Shown here: one piece after another, positions 48,572 to 58,700 of the stretch
Position numbering within the stretch: position 1 is the stretch's first letter
Layout of the letters: each line of letters starts with the position of its first letter
NCBI GenBank assembly: GCA_010093815.1
Contig: ML996565.1
DNA length: 64,000 bases
Direction: 5' to 3' (one strand)
Source of the DNA: Pseudovirgaria hyperparasitica
Taxonomy: Eukaryota
The notes under the pieces: model-generated
Databases searched by the model: none
The model's input: only the letters and a program-made list of their open reading frames with translations
What the model was told of the DNA's origin: nothing
Position numbers and translations under genes: made by a program

Positions 48572-50101
48572 ATGGACCGCCTGACGATCTCTGAGGTGAA
48601 TCTGGCGCGGACTGGAGCTCAACCGTCCTTGGCTTTAAAACCCTTGAGCTACAAACAATACGATGCGTTCAAGTCGCCGCACTCTCTCAAATACAACCCA
48701 TCAAAACTCTCATTGAAACACCTTAGCGTCGAGAGCCAACAATTTTCGGGGGCGTCCTTGAAGAAGCTTGCTACACCAAGTCCATCATGCCCGGCTATTC
48801 AGCTCTGTACTGGTCGTCCGAACGCGGATCATTTTCCATGGAAGAGCTTTCAAAGCGGACCCGAAACTGTGACGAAATCTATGGAGACTCCTCGTAATGA
48901 TTCGGAATCCAATGGACCTTACGAACTGACCAGCATGCTCGACTACGGACACGCTGCTGGGTCACCACAACTACTTCGCTTTATCACGGAACATGTGGAG
49001 CTGGTGCATAACCCGCCGTATGCTGATTGGGGGACCTGCCTGTCATCGGGCTCAACGTCTGCACTGGACATATCTCTCCGAATTTTCTGCAACAGAGGGG
49101 ATAATGTGATATGTGAACAATTCACTTATGCCGGATTCCTCGAAGTCGCAGACCTCTTCGGCTTGAAGACCAGAGGCATAGACATGGACAACGATGGCAT
49201 ACGTCCAGTGGCGCTGAGGACTCTTCTCAAATCATGGAATTGGGTCGATGGTGACAGGCCGCATGTGCTCTACATGATTCCCTCTGGACAAAACCCGACA
49301 GGTGTATCTCAGCCAGCTGAGAGAAAGGCTGAGATCTACACTATCGCCGAGGAATACGATATGATCATCATCGAAGATGACCCATACTATTTCCTAAATT
49401 TGGACACTGGCAACGTCGGTAGCTCCCCTCGGCCTGAAAGCCTCAACAACCTGACACCCTCATATGTCTCTTTAGACACATCTGGTCGCGTTGTAAGACT
49501 AGACTCGGTATCGAAGATCTTGGCACCAGGCCTAAGGGCAGGCTGGGTCACAGCTAATGATAGTATCATTTCGAAATTCCTCTCCTACCATGAAGTTTCA
49601 AGTGCATTTGTCAGTGGTCCATCACAGCTGATGCTCATTGAGCTTCTCGATGAAACCTGGGGACATGAGGGCTTCTTCAATTGGTTGCAATCGCTATCTA
49701 AGAAATATCGACAACGACGAGATATCATGATTGAAGCGTGTAAGGCGCACTTGCCCAAAAGTCTTTGCAATTGGTCTATACCTTCTAGTGGTATATATAT
49801 ATGGGTACAGATTAACACTGAGGAGCGAGCCAATTATTCTTCGGTAGTGTCGACCTTAGATACTGAGAGTGAAGACTCTAGGTTATGTATTGAGAACAGG
49901 ATACAGGCAAACGCTTTCGAGAAAGGGGTACAAGTTACAAATGGGTCTATGTTTGAAGCAAACACCTACGGAAATCAAGGCTTGAACTTCAGGCTCACCT
50001 TTGCTACCGCAGATGAAGCATTGCTGTACACCGGCGTCCGACTATTCGCGGAAGCTATCAAAGAGGAATTCAACGAAGTATCACATTCTGCAGTACCATA
50101 G
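48572..50101 (+). CDS. swnA: PLP-dependent class I/II aminotransferase (Aro8-like); SWN cluster lysine aminotransferase
   Basis: GQNPTG, IIEDDPYYFL, DSVSKILAPGLRAGW (PLP lysine), FRLTFA; cluster context. Confidence 0.88.
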   Translation: MDRLTISEVNLARTGAQPSLALKPLSYKQYDAFKSPHSLKYNPSKLSLKHLSVESQQFSGASLKKLATPSPSCPAIQLCTGRPNADHFPWKSFQSGPETVTKSMETPRNDSESNGPYELTSMLDYGHAAGSPQLLRFITEHVELVHNPPYADWGTCLSSGSTSALDISLRIFCNRGDNVICEQFTYAGFLEVADLFGLKTRGIDMDNDGIRPVALRTLLKSWNWVDGDRPHVLYMIPSGQNPTGVSQPAERKAEIYTIAEEYDMIIIEDDPYYFLNLDTGNVGSSPRPESLNNLTPSYVSLDTSGRVVRLDSVSKILAPGLRAGWVTANDSIISKFLSYHEVSSAFVSGPSQLMLIELLDETWGHEGFFNWLQSLSKKYRQRRDIMIEACKAHLPKSLCNWSIPSSGIYIWVQINTEERANYSSVVSTLDTESEDSRLCIENRIQANAFEKGVQVTNGSMFEANTYGNQGLNFRLTFATADEALLYTGVRLFAEAIKEEFNEVSHSAVP

Positions 50102-50172
50102 GCATGTACTGTAAATTGTCAAATAAGAAGAACTATTTCACACATTCCTGATGTGTTCCACCCGGTATACAC

Positions 50173-51250
50173 CTATGCAAGCATCTTCTCGTAGACAGCA
50201 GCCAAGTTCTTGGTTGGATCTTCATTTTCCACAAGACCGAGCCAATTACCCGAAGGCTTCTTGAACCCCAGTAAAGACTGCATCTTGGGGCTCATTTCCA
50301 GAACCTTGCTCCGAGGATTACATAGGAATTGATTCTCCTCAGTACGCAGTGTCCCACGACAAAACACAAGGTTGATTATCTTCCGAACAAAGCCGGGCAC
50401 AGTGTTGAAACCAGCACCATGCGCTATGCTGCTCACAAATAAGCAAGCAGAGCCCCGTTCCATCTCTATTGTTGTAAGAATTAGTCCTGATCACCATATA
50501 ACGCGTCAAAAATGAGATCTTACCAAGAAAGCAAACCTCGTCAGGTCTACCAGCCCTTTCTTGCTCCCACTTATGAGAGCCAGGGATCATCATTGTCCCT
50601 CCAGTTTCACGTGTGATATTGCTTCCGGCTATGAAGCAACTGAACCCGTCATTTTCGTTGAGTGGCATATCTCGCTTATGCTTAGAATGGAAGATCATAT
50701 CATCCCTATGCAATGCCTGACGAGGAGAGTCATGGGAAACGTAAAAGGCCATGGCAATACTTAAAAGCGGCTCAACAACAGTATCCTCGATTTGATGCTC
50801 GTAAACTGCAGGATATCTCGCTTCTAGAATTATCCTCAGCAATCTTTCAATTGTCTCGTTGGTATCGAGGATGTTAGCAACGGTATCAGATTTGGAAACT
50901 AGACCGGCTATCACCAGCGTTTTTCTGCCAATGAAATTGTCCTATTCACCTTGTCAAGAAAACTGTTTTTACGAGCAAGTCTAGGCTTAGGATGGACTTA
51001 CGTAGGAATCGCTTTCGGCAATCGCTTGTTTTTGGTATGGCTCGAGATCTTCATCAATTTTATCGCAAACATCCGAAGAAACGAAGTCTTTGACGATGAC
51101 AACACCGTCCCTTTCTAGAATCTCGAGAATTTCTTCGATAGATGAATTCCCTGGAATCTTTGCAATGGCTCGGGAAGGTACATATGAAGCTGGTATGGGA
51201 GGAAGATGACGTGATGGAGCGGATTCATACTTCTCTGTTTGATTTTGCAT
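50173..51250 (-). CDS. swnH2: PhyH-family 2OG/Fe(II) dioxygenase; second SWN hydroxylase
   Basis: QALHRDD, PGSHKW, AHGAG, LRTEENQFL; introns 51001..50942 and 50523..50466. H1 versus H2 naming is tentative. Confidence 0.8.
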
Positions 51251-51340
51251 TGTTGAAATCTGATTCACAAGGCGATGTGAAACATCGCCTTTTCTCTGGA
51301 TCCTGTCGTTAATGTTAACTATCAAAGGCTCTATTGTATG

Positions 51341-51498
51341 GGTCCATTGTTGCGTTCATAGACCAGGGTCCTTGTCCATCAAAGATACAGCATGCAATGT
51401 CATTGTACTATCTATGTTAGGTCTATTGTTGCACTTATATGCCCAGGGGCCTTGTTCACTAAAGACACTGCATGCAATGTCATTATACTACCTACGTG
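51341..51498. repeat. Diverged tandem duplication of an approximately 80-bp unit in the swnH2/swnK divergent promoter
   Basis: Two copies starting at 51341 and 51420; both contain GCATGCAATGTCATT, CCAGGG and CCTTGT. Confidence 0.85.
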
Positions 51499-51689
51499 GC
51501 AATGCACGCACTTTCACGATGAGCCTGAAACCATGTCTGATAACTGGGGTCAAGGGCAAGGCGCTAATAGTACTACCTTGCACGCTTACACCTCGATGTT
51601 TCATCTCCAGGGTATTCGTCGTGCTCTTAGAACCTAACGAGCTTGGCGCTCTTCGTTTCCACGCATGTTTTCTCCCCCTCAATTAGATA

Positions 51690-52000
51690 TTCTTTATCTC
51701 TCTGTCTCTATAAGAGTCGAGACATTATAACAACTATATAGATCCATAGAGTCCAAAAGAGTAAACGATTCTATCTACTTTTTGAACACTAAACTTCTGA
51801 GTTTGAGTCAGTCTATGATGTAATATATTTTTCGCAAAAGCTATCTTCGAGGAACTACTAAGGATTTCTTGAAATTCTTCTCTATCTCTTAGTAAGACTT
51901 TATAAAAATAAAATAACCTTATAGAAAGACTATGATATATATATATATTTACCTATCTATTTTTCTACTTTATATATTCTTCTACAGTTATTTACGTCAA
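51690..52000. other. AT-rich, TpA-rich tract, possibly a RIP-mutated repeat relic
   Basis: Visibly lower GC than the flanks, a (TA)n run and no ORF; no transposon motif recognisable. Confidence 0.4.
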
Positions 52001-52708
52001 AGTAGAATGAAAATTGCAGGATAGCACGCGTGTACAAGTGCCAAGCTCGTCAGGTGCTAGGGAAACGACGGATCAGGAGGCCCGCGCTTCGCTGCCCTCC
52101 CCTCCTTTCGCGCAATCGGCACGTCACTCGTGACTTGGGTGGAGAACGCCATTGATCGCCCTTGAGCTTATATACACTAGGACTTTGGGCTGAGTGAATG
52201 ATTCCTGGCTGCTTTGGTCAGCATGTCGTTGGAAGTAGTGCTTTCCGAAGCGCTCAAAGCGCGTAAATTTTTTCAACTGGATCGCTGTTCCCATGACGCC
52301 TCTGCATCGAAATGGAAAGGCCGACGTGGAAATCGCAGAGGCTAGAAGAAGATTGAGTAGCCGTCCTCAGGCTATGCCATTGGTACAACTATATGTCATC
52401 AAACAACTCAACCACACGGAGATCTCTAAATCCTTGCAACATTGCAAGCCCTGGGAATGAGCGCGGCCTCAATGTACCCTGTACCGGAATCCTATCGTGA
52501 TTGCTCAGTAGGCCCTGATATGCATCGCTAGTTCGACGAGAAAAGAGTGCACTATGACTACGCTCGGTGTTAGGCTTCTTAGCCTAGGAGCCAAGATATG
52601 AACTACCGATACCGATAAATGCTCGTCCGATGTTGTTTATATATCAAATTCATGGTCTGTATTCAAAGAAGGTATTCGACGACTATTTCGCTGTCATTAT
52701 AGCTTGAG

Positions 52709-55700
52709 ATGGGTGAATACACCAACCGCAGAACTATATCCGATCAGGAGTATCAAGTGCTCGTTAACGACTTTAATGACACGGACGATGCTTCTTTACT
52801 TGGTGGACGGTTGGATCAGCTGTTTGAAAGTACAGCTACAAGATTCCTACACAATACTGCTGTGATCCACGACACAGTGGGAATATCTTATCAGACCTTG
52901 AATTCCCGTGCCAACCGATTTGCGCGATGTCTCTCCAAACGCGGTGTACAGACTGGCGATATTGTTGGCCTGGCAGTTTCGCGCTCCATTGATCTTGTGG
53001 TGGTCATCCTCGCTGTACTGAAATTAGGGGGAAGTTACGTTCCTATCGATCCTGCGTTGCCCACGAAGCGAATCAATCAAATGGTCGAAGATGCTGGTCT
53101 CGTACTCATTATTCTAAGCTACAGGCCAGCTCCTGGTTTCGCAGATCACACAGACATAAGCCTGACTACCGACGAAATAATCGATCCTCTAATTATCGAT
53201 GATACCAATCTGGAGAGCCCAATACAATGCCGAGATGTGGCCTATATATTTTATACTTCCGGCTCTACAGGACGTCCGAAAGGTGTCGAAATTAGCCACG
53301 AAGCCGCTTCGAACTACTTAGGTCCCCTCCAGAAATACAAACCTGGCTGTAATGAACATGATCGATTACTCGCTATCACCACCATATCTTTCGATATGTC
53401 AGCTCTAGAGCTATTACTACCCTTGTTATCAGGTGCTACTATGATCATGGCTAACATGAGCGCGGCCAGAGATCCACGTGAGATGATGAGCTTGATAAAG
53501 GACCATCATATCACTATAATGCAAGCGACTCCTGCCACCTGGACCATGCTCCTGGAATCTGGATGGACAAGAACACCTCGCCTCTCAAAGATCATTTGTG
53601 GAGGTGAACCCCTTCCCCGCCAATTAGCAGACCGGCTTCTAGGACTGGCTGATCATGTTTTCAATGTCTGGGGTCCATGTGAGATTGGATACGGCAGTGT
53701 CGGGGAGGTTGGCGAAGGGGACATTGTGATCGGGCATCCGGTCGCAAATGGGAAGATCTACGTTCTTGACGACAGAATGTGTCCTGTGCCGATGGAATGT
53801 GAAGGAGAAGCATACGTTGGTGGTGGCAGCGTGTCAAATGGCTATCGAAACAATCCAGAGCTCACAAGCACTCGATTTCTCGAAAATCCTTTCCACGGGG
53901 GACCGTTTTTTCGGACAGGTGATCTGGCTCGCTTCAATAGTCATGGGGAACTCCAAATTATCGGCCGTATGGACGGGGTGATCAAAATTCGGGGTCATCG
54001 TATCGACGTTGGCGACGTTGAAGCTGCACTTACCGCCCATGTGATGGTTTCTCAAGCTGTTGTCGCTGGCCATGATGACCGCCTTGTGGCATACTGCGTG
54101 CTTGCAAAACCTATGCACGTCAAAGAACCTCTTGATACTATTTTACGCCCGTGGGTCATTGAACACCTACCTGTCTATATGATACCCGACTTCTTCATAC
54201 AACTAGATTCTATACCTCTCTCTCCCAACGCAAAGATCGATCGAAAAGCCCTCCCTGACCCGATCAACCACTTGGGTCTAACACCATATGACGGTGTATC
54301 GAAACCCGTTTCAGACATGGAAAGCACACTTACAACTATCTGGGCCGAGGTTCTTGGCTATAACAGCTTTAGTACGGAAGTGAGTTTCTTTGATATCGGG
54401 GGTAACTCTGTCCGTCTCGTTCGTGTGCGGAACATGTTGGAAACCCAACTTTCGCGACAGATACCCATTGCAAAGCTATTTGAGCATTTCACCATCAAGT
54501 CATTAGCTACGTACCTCACTAGGGTAGAGGTAACTGAACCCAGCCAACAATCATGTGTTTACGAGCTCCGTTCTACTCATGCTACACAAGATCTTGCTGT
54601 TATATCCATGGCATGTCGGCTGCCTGGAGGGGTGGACACCCCAGAAGACTTTTGGCAGCTGTTAGAAAGCGGCCATGATGCTATCACTGAAAGCCAATGT
54701 GATCCCGGCGACTGCAACTCGTATTGTTACATGGGCGGCTTTCTTGAATCTATCAACTCGCATGATCCAGCCTTCTTTGGAATCTCTCCACTTGAGTCAC
54801 AAGCTATGGATCCAACGCAGCATCTGGCATTAGAGCTAGGATGGGAAAGCTTCGAGAGAGCTGGATATACTAAGAAACGCCTTGTCGGAAGTTCCACGGG
54901 TGTATTCATCGGTGCTAGCAACAGTGCGGTGACAGTTGCATCACCTCCAGACCTCCAGGGCCACTCTATCACAGGTTCGGCCTATGCTAACCTAGCAGGT
55001 CGATTATCATTTACTCTAGGACTGCGTGGGCCGTCTCTTACAGTTGATACCGCTTGCTCCTCTTCTTTAGTGGCTACACATCTTGCATGTAATGCTTTGC
55101 GCCAGGGCGAGTGTGACATGGCACTGGCTGGAGGTGTTAGTTTACTTCCGACTCCAGGAATCCAGATCGAGTTCACTAAGTTGGGTGGCTTGTCTCCCGA
55201 TGGTCGCTGCAGGGCCTTCTCAGAGGATGCCAACGGTACCGTGTTCAGTGAAGGTGCTGTTGTCATAGTGTTGAAACGCCTTTCTGATGCCCAACGTGAT
55301 GGAGACGAGATCCATGCCATAGTGCGAGGGAGTGCTGTGATGCACGGGGGCTCAAGCGCTAGTTCGACTACTCCCAGTGGGCCAGGACAGGTTTCACTTA
55401 TACAGACAGCGTTGGCTAGAGCAAAATTGGATAGTAGTGAGATCGACTACATTGAGGCTCATGGTACTGCAACGAAGCTTGGAGATCCAATTGAAGCTGC
55501 TGCCCTTGGTGAAGTTTTTGGACCATCCCGCTCTGCCTCCAGGGCTCTCAAAGTCGGTACCTGTAAGTCAGTTTTGGGCCACACACAAGCTGCTGCAGGT
55601 CTCGCTGGATTGCTGAAGGTGATTCTGGCAATGCAACACAATATTCTACCCAAAACATTGCATGTGAACGAACCTACCACAGCAGTGGACTGGGATAGTG

Positions 55701-58700
55701 CACATATGCAACTAGTCTTAGAAAACACACCGTGGCCGAAAGATGGTCACGTCCGCCGAGCTGGAGTGAGTGCGTTTGGTATTGGAGGTACAAATGCTCA
55801 TATCATTCTTCAAGAGCCTCCTGATCTTACCCGAGTAACAAGAACCCGTATTGAGGCAACAACCGGTGTCACGGATGTCCCATTCTTACTTTCCGGTGTT
55901 TCTCAGTCAGCCTTGCAAGCGCAGGCCGCCAAATTGAGAATGCACATACAGAATGGCAATGAACATCATGAAAATATCATGGACACAGCCTACTCTCTAG
56001 CAGTGTCTCGTACCCACTTCCACCTGCGCCATATTGTTATGGCAAGTGATGAAGCTCAGTTGATACAGAAGCTGGAATCAGTCAGCCTTAGCACTGATAA
56101 GATGCGAAATGTCCATAAGGAGTTTGGAAACTCCAGACTCGTTATGCTGTTCTCTGGTCAAGGAAGTCAGAAACTAGGAATGGGAAAAGAGCTATACGAG
56201 GCCTTCCCGGCTTTCAGAGATGCTTTCGATGAGATCACTGCCAAGTTTAAAGAGATAGAGCCACCATTGCCTGAAGTCATGTGGGCGCACCCAGGGAGCC
56301 CAAATGCTTTGCTACTACATCGCACTGATTTCGCTCAACCCGCTATCTTCACTCTTCAAGTTGCTCTCTGGAGGCTATGGCAGACGTGGAATGTAAAGCC
56401 TGCTTTTGTACTAGGGCACAGTATAGGAGAGTTCGCGGCGGCCTATATTACAGGAGTCTTCGACTTGGACAACGCCTGTCGACTAGTAATGATGCGTGGG
56501 CGCCTGATGCAAGCTCTTCCAGTCGGCCTTGGAAAGATGGCTGCAGTCGAAGCGACAAGCGACGAGATGCAAAGGTTAATCGGAGATCGAGGACTCAAGG
56601 TGGAAGTTGCAGGCTACAACACTCCTAGTCAGATTGTCATATCCGGAGACTGTGAGGACGTAGATACGATTACAGCTCACATGGCAACCCTTGGTCGTAA
56701 AACAACAGCACTCGAAACAAGTCACGCGTTTCATTCGGACCACGTCAACGATATGTTAGTGAGTTTCAAAGCTAGTTTAGGAACCATCAGGTTCAGCACC
56801 GATTCACTCAAGGTTCCGATGATCAGTAGCATGACAGGGCGACTTGTTATGCCCGGAGAATTGTCAGGACCCGAGTACTGGATGATGCAAGTTCGGCATC
56901 CTGTGAGATTCAACGAAGCAATTAAAACGATGGCAAACATAGGACCAAGTATGTTCCTCGAAATTGGGCCCAGTGCAGTGCTCTGCGGCCTTGGAGCAGA
57001 ATGCATTCCGGAGAACTCTGTCGTCTGGCTACCGTCTATAAAGCCACACAAGCATGAAGTCTCTTCCATTCAAGCTGCTTTATGCGAACTACACTTGGGC
57101 GGTATTCCAATTGAATGGATCGAATATTTCAAGCCTTTCAATTGTCGAAGGGTTAGACTTCCCACTTACGCCTTCCAAAGGCAGAAAGCCAAGCCTAAAC
57201 GGAAATATGAGTGGGTCAGCGAAAACTCGGTGACAGCAGGTGTCGGCGACTCTGAACAGAACATAGCGACAATGATGTTCGAAGTGGAGTGGCGAATGCT
57301 TCTTGAACGCAAGGTACATCCTTCGGGCTCGTGGGGTGTTGTCTGCCCATCTGAGGAGACCGACTGGACGGAATCAATCAAAGTAGCTTTGTTGAACACA
57401 GCAGTTCAGCTTATACCTATTGCTTCAGTGCAGGAGGCTCCGCTGCTAGATGGAATTCTCGTCCTTTGGGATTCGGATTGTAGTGATGTTGTTCAAACGG
57501 CACATACCTTCGCTATAAAGGCTTTGAATTTGCTGCAGGAGGTTATTGGTAGCAGGCTGGTTATGCCTGTAGTATTCGTTACTCGGCATGCTATCAGTGT
57601 TTCCGTCGTAGACCAACCTACGGTTATAGGCGGGGGTACCCTGTGGGGCATGGTTCGTACAGCAAGGAGTGAGAATCCTGATCTGCGGCTCCGTACGATA
57701 GACATGGACCAAAAAGCAAATCTGCAAGCCTTCAGTAACGCTCTTATGATGCATGACCAACCTGAAATCGCTGTCCGCAGAGACCAACTATTCACACCGC
57801 ATCTAGAGCGTATGCGCACGGCTATACCACATAAGTTTCAGCAGCGACCATTAGTTCGATCTGATGGAGTTGTATTAGTGACAGGAGGTCTTGGTGATCT
57901 GGGAAGCAAAGTAGCTCGTCGTATAGTACTCTCCCACGGCATCCGCGACCTGATATTGATATCACGCACCGGTATGCGCTCTCCTGGTGCTGATGCAATA
58001 GTTCACGGCCTTGAAGCGCTTGGAGCCAAAGTCACCGTTCTTGCCAGCGATATTGGCAAATATGATACTGTCAATTGTCTTATGCCGATGTTCACTCCAG
58101 AGCGCCCACTTCGAGGCATTGTTCATGCCGCAGGAGTTGTTGATTCCGGTATCATCTCTTCTCTGACAGCCCAGAAATGTGTGACGACATTCGTTCCGAA
58201 GGTAGACGGGCTTTGGAACTTACATGTCTTGACTAAGAATATGCCCGAATTAGATTTTTTCATGGTGTTCTCCTCCATATCCGGTGTACTGGGTCTTCCT
58301 GGACTTGGCAACTATGCTGCTGCAAATGCCTTTGCTGATGGCCTAATTTGTATGAGACGCGCTGAAGGTCTACCAGCGACGTCAGTAGCTTACGGCCCAT
58401 GGACTGGAGATGGGATGGGTACTACACTCGTTTCAACAACCCGCGCTCATCTCTCGCAGCTGGGACTGGGCTTTATGGAGCATCAGACTGGCCTAAGAAT
58501 CCTCGAGGAGTGCATCCGCCAAGGGCGTCCCAATACCATTGGTGCGGTACTAGATTTAGAGCAGCTCAAGAAGTATCACGAAAGCCAGGATCAGGGCAAT
58601 GTGCCGCCTCTCCTACGTTCAATTACAGATAAAATCGAAGTAACTAATCCAACCCAAGATCGTCTCAATTTACGCCATTTGTTTGCCAACGCCTCCAACC

